A stretch of DNA of 64,000 nt from Isurus oxyrinchus (taxonomy: Eukaryota). The translations under genes were made by a program, and so were the position numbers. This document shows, piece by piece, positions 52,601 to 64,000 of this stretch (position 1 is the first letter of the stretch; every line of letters begins with the position of its first letter). The stretch covers positions 105,090,001 to 105,154,000 of the forward strand of contig JANJGN010000019.1 in NCBI GenBank assembly GCA_026770705.1. The letters run 5' to 3'. Below the pieces are notes generated by a model that saw only the letters and a list, made by a program, of their open reading frames with translations, did no database searches and had not been told where the DNA came from.

Positions 52601-55600
52601 TACCGGTTTCAAAAATCAGCTGGCAACAATATCCTTATAACTGGGATCCTTCCAATCTTACTGAGGGGATGCCTCAATATCGGGCTATGGTATATATCGG
52701 GATGTCTGGGACACCATAGTCACAGTATAGTGAATAATAAAGGAAAGCGGGCGAGTTAGAACTGGTAGGATGTAATATTGTTATTAAATATATAAATACA
52801 TGTGACGTCAATTTATATTAGTTTATAAAGGCGTCACATTTGTTTTTTATTCTGTAGGAGACTAGTATGTGTATAATAACAGCCTAACCAGACTGAAGTA
52901 CAACTAGTGCTCAAGGAAACGATGTTGTTCATTTCAGGCTTGTAGAGAGCGGGTCTGATTTTAATCATGTCTTTATCTCTCCTGTATCTACTGTAGAAAG
53001 CTTGAGTGACTTTTACCTAACGGGTTGTATATGGAGACATTATACATTAACTTGCAGAACGGATGGATACAATATGAAGCAGGATGTTGGGGATGGTGAT
53101 CGCATTGCGCTATCACAACTGGAAGGTTAGGTTCACGATAGATGACAAATAGTTAGAAGATGGAGAGGGGGTTCCGTATTCCTCGCAGTATAAACAGTCA
53201 TTGCTTCATCAAATCAGTTTACTGGATCTCAGTTCTTATTTGAAACAAGCATTTTATAAATATATATATATATTTAAATATAAGCGTCAACAGATTATTC
53301 CCCGCGGGAAGTTCCGAATTTTTTTGCATAATTATCCCCAATGTATAACTGCCAACTCCTGTCTGCATTTGAAAATCAAGGAAAGAGAGGGGTTAACAGC
53401 GAAATCAATCTATTTATCATTTGTAATATTTTCCACCTTTACATGTAAGATTTACAGGTCTGTGCAGACTCTGATGTGAAAACAGATGTAGGCAAGAAAT
53501 AGAGAGAAACGAGTATCATTGAAACCCTCCTGTTAGGGCGACTCGATAAAACTCCCTCGTTATTTATAAGTGTCTTAGAGCGGTTTCTCCCCCCCCCCCC
53601 CCCCCCCCCCCCCTTTCCCTGTTGGCAATGATTTTATTAGAAAGAAATGCAAATAAAATTAAAAACGCGCATCATTTTTCCATTAGCAATTTGATTTATA
53701 AATACGCATGACCAATCAACAAAAGTACGCAGCTTGATCTTGCAGAATACTTACTATCAATATTACATGGGCGATTGCAAAAAAAAATTAAAGTCTGCTA
53801 TAACAAGGAAACCAACGAGCTATTAGAAGCCCTGATTAATAACTAGCTGGATAATGTTCACAGCCTTTTCTGCCCGACTGCTTTTTGAATTAGAGACGGT
53901 TCCACACTCTCCAGAGTGTCTATCTTCTAGAAGAATGAGTGACAGATATTTTTCCCTCTCTCTCTCCTCGAACTTAATGATGTAAATATTCTAATTAGTA
54001 AATCACATTTGCTGAAGACTAGACCATGAGGGTGGAATCGGCGTCTCTCTAAAAAGGCGGCCAAGTTAGATGATAGGAGAGACTTCTTTTTAAAAAAAAA
54101 CAGGAGCGTATAAAACTTGAGATAAAGTTTTGCCCGGAGCTCAGGAAGTTGGGCTATTTTCAATCTACTAAGATTTAATTAGAAGCCTCAGGCGCGACGC
54201 TCGAGTGAAGACCCCCTTTTTTCTCATTAGCTTCTCCTCACTAATCTTGGGTGTTAGGTTGGCTTAAAGGTTGTCAACGTTTGACCGATTCCGTGAAAAG
54301 AAAATATATCATCACTTCGGGAGTCGTAGAGCAGGGCAGGCAAATCGTGCGCGAACCAGCGGAACTAACAGGCGCAAAAATGTTGATAATTTATCGTTGC
54401 AAATTGCTGTTATTTTCGACCAAGCATTAATATTTTTCATCCCTCTTGCAAACAAAAAAAGGTTATAAATATCCCGCGGGTGGTTCAGAGCTAATGTGGG
54501 TATTTTAATTGCATCAAGATTTCATGATGAGTGTAAATAAGGGTCCTGGATTGAGAGCCCGGTTTTGTCCACTGACCGAACGGGGAGAGGTTTACCTTCA
54601 GATAGTAGTCGCTCATGGTCAATGGAGGGAGCGACATCCGAGCGCCCCCAACAGGACAGTGCGGACATCAGACAACTGACCGGCAGTCCCAACACGTGGG
54701 GGCGAGCCTGAGAGATCAACAATCTCTTCATCCATAATGTTTGTAATCAGGACAGTTTTAATCATCAATTATGTACAAACACACACCCAGGAATGTGCAC
54801 ACCAAGCGGGGAGGCACTGCAGCCCAGAATCTGATCATATTACAGACCTGAGAACCCCATCCCGGCAGGTATGGCCATTTCGGCGTTTGGTTACTCGCAC
54901 TGTAAGTGCGGTTGCAAATATTTTACAAGACAGAATTAGAATGCGCCTTATCAATGTGGAAGCACGGTCCTTTTTTTATATATATATAAAAAAATAGTGA
55001 GAATCCTCTAGGAAGCAGGACTCCGGCTTGGAAAGTGGAACATGATCCATGTACCGTACCTCCCAGAAAGGATCAGGTTGCTGATTCCGAGACGGAGAAA
55101 TGCAAAAGTTACTGACATCGTACATGGAGGCAGCCTCTGGCATCGTAGGCGAAAGTTAATATTCTGGAACATCACACAGCTAGAATGCAGCCCCGTCTCC
55201 GGGGGATGACCTGTTTACCTACGCAATTAATCCAAACATAGTTTATCAATAATAAAAAAAAGCATATCTGATCGAGAACTGGCTCACGCTTGTTTAATGT
55301 CTGCAAAAGAGACGTTTTGGGAAAGAATGGCAGCTCAGCCCCATCTAGGTCTTAAAAACTTTATATTTAAAAAAAATGCGAATTCCATTACTCATCTAAC
55401 ACCAAGGGGGAAATGAATGATCAAATCACACGTTCAGTTAAATTAATGAAAAAATACAAAGGACCCGCCCAATTCTAAACCACACTAATGATGAGCTGAA
55501 AGTACGTGCTTGCTCGCTAATGAGAAAAGGGCGTTCGCCCCTCTCCTGGTATAATAGCGAAATTAGTCATCGAGCAATCTTAGAATATTATGCAAATAAC

Positions 55601-56200
55601 AAAGGCATTATCAGAATTTTATCGTTTAACTATCAACCCACGCCCTTCATTGCGACAGTTCTGATCACTTAACACCATCTTCGCTCAGGTTAAGGCTGAA
55701 TGAATCACAATGCTGCTCATACTCTTAAATAGGCAGTAAATTCTATTGTTACCGTTTACGTACTGGTAACTATAGAGGCTTGTCGGAGAACACAGAAATA
55801 ATCCACGTTAAGTGGATTGTAAGAAGTAACTGCATTGCAGGATATTTAAACACAAACATGTTGCATTCATTTGTTTGTTTTGTGCGATTGATTTGCAGCC
55901 AGCATCTCCCCACCCCCGTCACGGAAAATAAACAATAATTTCAATTAGTATTCAACATTGTTCTGTAAAATATTATGCCAACCTTTGACTTTGTCCCCGA
56001 AATGTTTTGCCAACTTAAATCATCCTCTCTTGCAGATACGGTGGAAGCAGTTGATAATCGAATCTTGCGCGACGATTGTTTTAAAATTATTAACTTATCC
56101 GTCACGCATCGTGAGATAGAACCCAGAACAGTAAAAAAGGATGTTACTCAAATCGCAAATGATAAGCCGAAGAAAAAATTAAACATGGGAGAAAGTTAAA
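49700..56200. promoter_or_regulatory. CpG-retaining, transposon-free domain immediately downstream of MEIS2
   Basis: Hand count: 19 CpG in 54121-54480 versus 1 CpG in an equal-length intronic stretch, 36481-36840. CpGs stay frequent across the interval despite moderate GC. Confidence 0.7.
49787..49806. repeat. (AG)n microsatellite
   Basis: agagagagagagagagagag. Confidence 0.9.
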
Positions 56201-59200
56201 GGGAGGAATGGTTTCAGAGATTTGATTATAAAAGAGCCGAAGAACTAAAATTACTAGGGGAAAATGGTTTGGAGAAAAAGTAAGCGTAATGTTCAAAATC
56301 TTACTATGATGGTAAATAATATCATTAGAAATACATGTTAATTAAAATAGTCATGTAAGTTATGTGAGACACTGGAATTAATCCATTACAAAAAGAATGA
56401 GCCTAAAATCTTTCAGCGGAAGATGTAATGCATAGTAACTATATTATTTGCTTTGCATATCTGAATTCCATAGAGTCATCTTTGATCTGTTTGAGGTTTA
56501 TTCTGTGTAAGCAATTTACACGTTGGAGTTAATACCAAGCAAAGAGAAATTTAAACAATGCACTGTAAGCCTTGTTGACATCTTTAGAAAAAGGCCAATC
56601 TACCTGGCTGCTAACCTATCAAGACATAAGCCCTAAACAGCATGAGAGATCAGGATATTTTATTCACAAAATAAAAATGCTTAAGTTCTTTAATTACGAA
56701 AACAGGTCTGTGTCATTCAGGAGCAATGATGAGCCATTAAGCATTGACTCAAATGTTTAATTGTCAATGATACTTTGCAAGAAAAGCTCAACGTTAAATA
56801 TGCTTTACGATTGAAGGATTGAGTAGCAATGCTAAGTACCATAGCCTCAGTAACAATAACAAGAGATATTAATACGCTGGAAATAGATGCTAGAAGGAAG
56901 AGTTTTAAAAGGGAAGCCACATTTGGCAATGAGGACCCCCAGTTAGCAGCCGGAAGCATTGGTGCTGAAAAGCAATAGCTGGTGACAGGAACTTTTTTAA
57001 GCTTCAAAGAGTGCAGCTGACAGCAATATATACTTTTCTAACAACAGTTAGTGGTAGAGTATAGTTTACCATTCATGAAAAGCAATGCTGTCCATAGCTC
57101 CATTAATTTTGGTATTACAGTAAGTTAATCTTAAATGACTATGTCATAAGGATATATGATAACTGACTAGAAATTGAGAAAAAAAAGGCACAAAAGTACT
57201 TGAATGCATTTACGAGGGGTATCAGCTAAATGAACACTGATGCTCAGCACTTTCTTTCTGCTTTGTTTATGATCCAAATGATAAACAGCCTTGCTCTGGA
57301 TCACATCCAGTTGACAATTATATTTTTGATTTGCTATTGGACATACAAAAGCTAACATCTAGAAATATTTAATTGAAAGCCATGGGTAATTTGCCATTGC
57401 ATATGTACTGATATATTGCATAAATGTCCATCAAGTTATATTCCTTAGGGGGAAAAAAATCATCAGGCATTTTTAAAAATCCAAAGGATATATTTATTCT
57501 CCCAAATTTTGTTTCACTATCACTCCCTTCCAGTTGGGAGGGGGGGAAATGATAGAGCTATAGATTTCCCATGGCCACTGGGTTACTTCATTGGCAGCTA
57601 ACAGGAAACATGAATTTAGTGGGATTTGGAATGCCATTCCCTTTCTACCGTCTTCTCTCAAGCAGTAGGTGGAATCCCTTACGTATCTCTTACAATCTTG
57701 CAAAAAAAGAGTAGGGTCAGAAAAAATAAGAGCTGGCAATACAGGACCTATCCATTTGTTCGATCTCATGCACCTCCCAGCCCACTCATTAGCTCCTGGT
57801 TGGGGGAACAAAACTCCAGAGAAACCCTCATCTGGTTATCAGGCTGAAAACTGGCCAATGTCACTTCCTGAGGTGAGCAACTATGAGTGACAGGCTGGCT
57901 GTGATTTGAACTCTCGACTTTCTGTTTGGGAGTAAAATGTCCTACTGCTTGAACAGTTGGTCAGTGATTTGTTCACATAAGCCACCTATTGAACCAGGGT
58001 GGGGGAAGGATTGGTAAACAAGCAGGAGGAGAAAGAAACAAACAAAATGGTTTATCAAAAAACTGGATACCTTTGCATTCATATCTTTCACTGTACAGTA
58101 CCACTTCCGAAACATCTGCCTTTGATTTTTTTTTGCAATAAATTCTGCAAAGTTAATCCCTTTAGTTAAAATGAAAAGTCCATACGACTCTCATTTGAGA
58201 CCATTCCTGAAATCAGAAAGTTACAGGTATTTATTTGCTCCTGTAATATCAAAATGTTCCCTGCTGCTTCCCCAGATGCATATTCCTCGCCCAACAATTG
58301 AATTTCATTTTCCTAACTCATATACTTAATCTCATCTCTCAAGAATGCTGTGCTCCCTTTGAGTACTATGCTTGCAAAGGCATGGTGGGGAAGGGGGGGG
58401 AGGTGGTGGGGGGAGCGGGGGTGGACAGAAAATGTAAACAGGAATGTTGAAAAACCAGCTCAGGCCTTACCTTTTCACTCAAGGTCACCTGCCAATCTGC
58501 AAATGACCTTTAGTTTCGCAAATATAATCCAGCTTGATCCATGCTGGACGTTTCTTGCCCACTGCAACTTAATCTGGTCACTGCAGAACTAGCTGGTATT
58601 CAGGAAGTACGGGTATGTTTCCTTGCTCTATTTTCTAGCTGAGCTCACTGTCATCACTTCATAGTCACTCATCACTTTCCTGTTTGCCTGCTCTTCCCTC
58701 TTTGATCCAGCCTTTCTTGTCATCCAAACACAAGTATAATTAATAATACTGCAAATACCAGTTTATGCCTCCTCCCCAAAACATAATTAAATATGATTTT
58801 AACAGAGTTATTTGCAATTATTTACTCATTCAAATCCCTTTATGGGAAGGTGCTTAACTGCTAAGCAATTTCTTTTTCAGATTTATATTTGTCTGGTTTA
58901 GTCCTACCATTGCATTAAAACTTTATTATATAATTAGAATCTATACTTGTGAAAACTTTATGTTTAACAAATGCTCAAAGCAAATAAATATGCAATGCTT
59001 GCATAATGGAAATTTGAACCCTTTTTAAAATCCCGTTCTCAGTTAAGCTCCGGTTTTCATGAGGCTCCTTTCTGGCAGTATGTCATTAGCACACATCTGA
59101 CCATTAGTATGCTGACCCTGCCTCTATTTCCAGGGTCAGCCTAATTTACATTCTGTGGCCAAGCTCTTGGCATCAATAATGCTTCTCATTGGAAGTTTGC

Positions 59201-60333
59201 CTTTTAGCAGGAATCTCACCGCAACGTTATATTAAGCATATATGCCAACTAATACGTTCACAACAAATATACATTCCCTTAAGGAATAAAAAACCCCATG
59301 GGAAAAGTGATCTAACTGTGGCTAACTAAAGAATTTAAAGATAGTGTTGGATTAAAGGAAGAGACTTATAACGTTGCCAAAAAGAGTAGTAAATTTAAGG
59401 ATTAAGAGGATTTTAGAATTCAGCAAAGGGCGACCAAGAACTGATAAAGAAGGAGAAAGTAGAATTTGAGAGTAAACTAGCAGGAGGCATAAAAACAGAT
59501 CAAAAGTCAACAAATCCCCTGGCCCACAACCTAGTATTAAAAAGATAAGCGGATGGATTGGTTTTGAGCTTTAAGAATTCCCAAGATTCGAGAACAGTTC
59601 CTATGGATTAGAAGGAAACAGAACATAATACCGCTATCGGAGGAAAGGAATGAGTGAACACAGGAAACTATAGGCCAGTTAGCCTAACATCAGTAATTGA
59701 AAAATTGCTAGAATCTGTTGTTAGGGATATGGTAAGAGGACATTTAGAAAATCATAATGTGATCGGGCAAAGTCAAAATGGATTTATGAAAGGGGAGCTG
59801 TGTTTGAAAAACCTGATGGAACGGTTGAGTTTGAAATAAGCAGAGTAGGGAAGGGGGGAATGAATGGATATAGTGCATTTGGATTTTCAAAAATCTTCAA
59901 TAAGGCACCACACCAGAGGTTAGTATATAAAATTATGGTTCCTGGGATTGGAAGTAATATGTTCACACAGATTGAGGATTGGTTAATGGATAGATGATAT
60001 ACAGAAATAATCAATGATTCATTCTTGGGTCGGCAGTTGTAACCAGTGGATACTGCAGTCAATGATCTAGATGAGGAGACTGAGTGTAATGTATTCAAGT
60101 TCCTGATGGTACAAAGCTGGATAGGAAAGTAAACTGTGAGGAAGTCACAGAGAAGGTGTATAGGAAGGTTAAGGGAATGGAATATTAATAGTAAGATGGA
60201 ATATAATGTTTAGAAATGTGACATTATCCACTTTGGGAGGGAAAATAGAAAAGCAGAATTTTTTTAGAATGTTGAAAAACTGGGAAATGTTGGTATTCAT
60301 CAGGATTTGACTGTTCTTATGCACAAAGTTACC

Positions 60334-60416
60334 AAAACAAAAACTGAATTACCTGGAAAAACTCAGCAGGTCTGGCAGCATCGGCGGAGAAGAAAAGAGT
60401 TGACGTTTCGAGCCTT
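60334..60416 (-). mobile_element. Short Penelope-like pLTR insertion with 10-bp TSD
   Basis: Near-exact reverse complement of 20164-20242, flanked by CAAAGTTACC (60324-60333 / 60417-60426). Confidence 0.9.
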
Positions 60417-60996
60417 CAAAGTTACCATGCAGGTCAGCAAACAATTAGGAAAATAAATGGCATATTAGCCTTTGTTAAATTGTGATTGGTGTACAAGAGT
60501 AAAGGCGGCATAGTGCAATTATATAGGACCTTGGTGAGATCACACGGGGAGTACTATGTACAGTTTTGGTCTCCTTACCTAAGGAAGGATATACTTACCT
60601 TAGAGGGCTGGAACAAAGGTTCACTAGACTGATTCCTGGAATGCAGGGATTGCACTATGAGCACAAATTGTGTAGGCCAAGCATATATTCCCTAGAATTT
60701 AGAAGAATGAGAAACAAACTCATTGAATCATATAAAACTCTTTAAGGGGCTTGACAGGGTAGATGCTGGGAGGATGTTTCCCTTGCTGACAAATCTAGAA
60801 TTGGGCTCAAAGTAAGGGGTCATCTAGAACTGAGAGGAGAATTTTGTCTTTGGAATTCTCTACCCCAGAGAGCTATGAATGCTCCAATGTTGACTATATT
60901 CAGAACTGAGGGCAATATGTTTTTTTGTATACTAAGGGAATTAAGGAATATGGTGATAGTGTGGGAAGGTGGAGTTGAGGCAGTGACCTTATTCAT

Positions 60997-61435
60997 TATT
61001 GCTGAAAAGAGAGACATGTTGCTGAAGCTTTTAGTCTTGCACTCATCAGGACAAATGCAAGAATGCCAAGTTTCAAACATTCACAACAATTTATTCTACA
61101 GGAGGAAAGGGTGCTGATTGGTTGGCAAGTCAACTCTGAGTGGCCGAGGCATTGTCATGGAGAAAGCAATGGGAAATGCTTGGCTCCCCAAGTTCCCGGG
61201 TAATTCAAAAAAGGCACAAGGTTTGAGCATGTTCCATTTGTTTGCAGAGAATGGGTCCGTGTATATGAATTGATGTCACTTCTAGCAGGTGTAAATGAGC
61301 CACATTACAAGGTCTAATTATTTTCTTAAATTGATTGCTAGAGTAGCTATTAGCACACTACACTCAGGATTGTTCAGCAAGTGCTTCAGCAACATGTCTC
61401 TCTTTTCAGCAATATTCAAGTTCTGTATGACCAAG
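60997..61435 (-). mobile_element. Second Penelope-like family fragment with inverted pLTR ends
   Basis: Minus strand reads HLLNNPEC...NQFK...NVAHLHLLEVTSIHIHGPILCKQ (GIY-YIG C-terminus). Perfect 32-bp inverted repeat 60997-61028 / 61383-61414. Confidence 0.8.
61019..61054 (-). ncRNA. Degenerate minimal hammerhead ribozyme-like motif
   Basis: Minus strand TTGTC-CTGATGA-GT(gcaag)AC-TAAA-AGCT-TC-AGCAA: canonical CUGAUGA and palindromic AGCT, but GAAA has become TAAA. Confidence 0.55.
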
Positions 61436-61864
61436 TGACTGATCTTATTGGATAACAACATAAGGGGCTGAATGACCTATCCCTGCTGCTTTTTAAAATC
61501 TTCTTCTGTAGAGTTACACTCCATAAGAAACCCTAACTAGGAGGACATCCATTAGCCCTCATTTTATTAAATGTTTTGAGAAGGTAACTCAGCTGAGACA
61601 CTATTGGAGGGGTAATGGTTAAAAATTTTCAGAGCTTTCACTAGATTTCTCATTGCCCTTTTTGTTCTCCCTTGAACCTAGTCACTTAGTGACACCAGTG
61701 GGTCCATTGGAGCTCGATTCCATGATGCTCATTCTGCTAGCTACAGCTAAAAAATTCTTATCAAGGTAATATTTGTAATATTGATCTTCTGCTGTTGTGA
61801 CAATTGGTATTCAACAGCCAGAACAATCTTACTGTGACTAGGTTGTCCCAATACTCATCTGGCT

Positions 61865-62357
61865 GGCTTCCCATCTTCTATCCACCATAAACTTATCCAA
61901 ACTTTGCTGTCTGTATCCTAACTCACACCAAGTTTCGTTCACCCATCACCTCTGGGCTCATTGACCTACATTGGTCCAGCAACACCTTAATTTTAAATTT
62001 TTGCATTCTTGTTTTCAAATCCTCCCATGTCCTCATTTCTCTCTATTTCTGACTTCCACCAGCCATATAATCCTCCGATTTCTCTGTGCTTCTCCAATTC
62101 TGACCTTATGTGCATCCCCTATTTCAATCTCTCTCATGTTGATGGCTGTGATTTCAGGAATTCCTCCCTAATGTCTCCCTCTCTCACCTCCTTTAAAATG
62201 CTCCTTAAAACCTACTGCTTTGACCAAGCATTTAACATCTTCCCCATCATCTTCCTTCATGCCTCAGTCAAATTTTGCTTCCTAATGCTCCCTATGAAGT
62301 GCCTTGGGGAGTCTTGCTACATTAAAGGTGCTGTATAAATGCAGGATGCTGTTGTTG
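61865..62357 (+). mobile_element. L2-type LINE 3' end
   Basis: atcctaactcacaccaag...cacccatcacc...gacctacattgg; tail attaaaggtgctgtataaatgcagg..gttgttg. Confidence 0.85.
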
Positions 62358-62580
62358 TCTCAGGTATAAGCAGCCATTAGAGGGTTTCCCTCCTCACCTC
62401 CGACGGACCTTGAATCTTCTGAGCACCTTAGTGTCACATTTGGTCAAATGTTGTCTTAATTTTAAGGGCTGTTACTCACCCCTCTCTTGCATCTTGCTGT
62501 TTTGTCAATGTATTCAATAAGACTGTAAAATCGTACGGGGCAAGCATGTGAATTGGTGGACAGGTGCCATTTGATGCTGT

Positions 62581-63025
62581 GTCAGTCGTGGCTCAGTTTG
62601 TAGAGCTTTCATCTCTGAGTCACAAGATTGTGGATTCAAGTCCCACTCCAGAAATTAAGTACAAAAATCAAGGCTGATATTCCAGAGCAGCACTGAGGGA
62701 GTGCTACACTGTTGGAGGTGCCACCTTTCAAATGAGACATTAAACCGAGTGTCTGACCTCTCAGGAGAACATAAAAGACCCAATGAATCTATTTCAAAGA
62801 AAAAGCAGAGGGGTTATCCTCAGAGTGCTGGCTTTAACCAAATACAAAAAAATCCAGGAATTATCTGGTCATTTTCACACTGCTGTTTCTGGGAATTTGC
62901 TTGCACAAATTGGCCACTATGCTTCCTACAACATTGACTACATTTTGAAAAGTACTTCATTAACTGCAAAAAGCTTTGGAACATCCACCGTTGGGAAAGA
63001 CGCTATTTAAATGCAAGCCTTTCTT
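62581..63025 (+). mobile_element. Full-length Deu-domain tRNA-SINE (SacSINE1-like)
   Basis: Pol III A box TGGCTCAGTTTG (62589-62600) and B box GGATTCAAGTCC (62632-62643); core actgagggagtgctacactgttggaggtgcc; L2-like tail gctatttaaatgcaag. Confidence 0.88.
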
Positions 63026-63499
63026 GACGGCTTCTTCCATTGCTTCAACAATAACAGTAATTGGACAGGAAGTGGGCAGGGACAGGCCAGATTAGGCTCT
63101 GCTATATAGACATTTAGCAGCTCAGATACTTCTGCCACTGGAGGATCATGTCACCTCCCAGGAGAACAAAACAATAAAGATGCGCAGATCACATTTAGGG
63201 AAGTAATGCCTATTTGCACTGAAGTTGTACTGTGTCCAGATGTTGGAGACTGTAAAAGCTGGTGGTGGGATTTACAGTTGTGGTAGCTCAGTGTTCGCTG
63301 TGTGGGTGAAGACATATTTATGAGGATATGGTCAAATACAGAGGACTCTTGCATGGGCCGGTAAGTACTTAGAATGTGAGTACCTCAATGAGACCATGAT
63401 AAACAGCTCCAAAAATTGGCAAATGTACTTCAGCAGCTGCACCTTCAATTTCGTCATCTCCTTGAGGTCATTCTTTGCTGTTCATTGTCTTCCTCCTGT

Positions 63500-64000
63500 G
63501 GCTGCTTCAGGTTCTCACCTTGTTGAATGGCAAGTTGGTGTAGCAGAGCTTGTTGAGGAGGAAACTTTGGCTAGATTGTATTGCAGGAAGTCATCTAACC
63601 TATCCAGGTCTTGACACCTCTGTAGCACGTTTGATGACAACTTTGGTTGATGCATCACCATATAAATAACCATGCGTGACTGTCAGCTGGGACCACAGAG
63701 GGTAGAATCAGTCCCTTAGAAACCAAGCACTCTTCTTTCTGGGTCAAATAATGGTGGCATGATTGATTACCTTAAAATAAAGGCATCAGGATTGCTGCGT
63801 GGGCAGCAATCACTCACCTGTATGATCCTGTGCAGATGGTAACACATTAATAGAGGAGTAATCCCTTGTTCATGCTTGAACAATTGAAGCACACAGGGCC
63901 ATTTGGGTGCCATCAATAACACCCTGGACCTTGGGTAACCTTGCTCCTTGTAAAGCTGCTGTCCCTCCTCATGCTGTCTGCAGGGAATGTGAAATGCTAC
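63500..64000 (-). pseudogene. Decayed PIF/Harbinger (HARBI1-like) DDE transposase
   Basis: Minus-strand fragments in the expected order with frameshifts: PKVQGVIDGTQMAL (IDGT at 63906-63917), RIIQV...DAFILR, LDR....LQYNLAKVS and LHQLAIQQG. Confidence 0.75.

Larger units (their letters stand above)
59268..61492 (+). mobile_element. CR1-type LINE, decayed, carrying two Penelope-like insertions
   Basis: ORF pieces GNYRPVSLTSVIEKLLESVVRD, QSQNGFMKG and KAPHQRL; CR1 3' tail ggggctgaatgacctatccctgct. Confidence 0.93.

Noticed and set aside
54205-55540. Short inverted similarity ttttctcattagc (about 54219-54231) / gctaatgagaaaa (about 55516-55528)
   Set aside because: Only about 13 bp and AT-rich; compatible with chance or two independent homeobox sites.
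62581-62655. tRNA gene
   Set aside because: The A/B boxes belong to the tRNA-derived head of a SINE and continue into the SINE body; there is no proper cloverleaf.

Overview
Vertebrate genomic DNA. The repeat content (Deu-domain tRNA-SINEs, CR1, L2 and Penelope-like elements) suggests a cartilaginous fish such as a shark; that taxon call is an inference. The window holds the 3' half of the TALE homeobox gene MEIS2 on the + strand: two homeodomain exons (8838-8914, 42117-42175) separated by a 33.2-kb intron, a GC-AG intron, an exon with two acceptors 21 nt apart (optional GFLLDPS), a 96-nt stop-containing cassette exon (short C-terminus ...WHYM*), and the last exon (long C-terminus ...DIHAQ*) with its 3'UTR. 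The introns contain several homeobox/TALE/Sox-motif-rich blocks that look like conserved enhancers. They also contain a four-layer nested transposon stack (L2 > CR1 > non-autonomous Gypsy LTR element > Penelope fragment), Penelope-like elements carrying minimal hammerhead-ribozyme motifs, and a 30-bp CCAAT-box tandem array. A roughly 6.5-kb CpG-retaining, repeat-free domain follows the gene's 3' end, then more TEs and a decayed Harbinger transposase. No prokaryotic-type system (CRISPR, operon) is present, and most ORFs in the supplied track are spurious. Family assignments and exon numbers come from my recall of the sequences, not from a database search.
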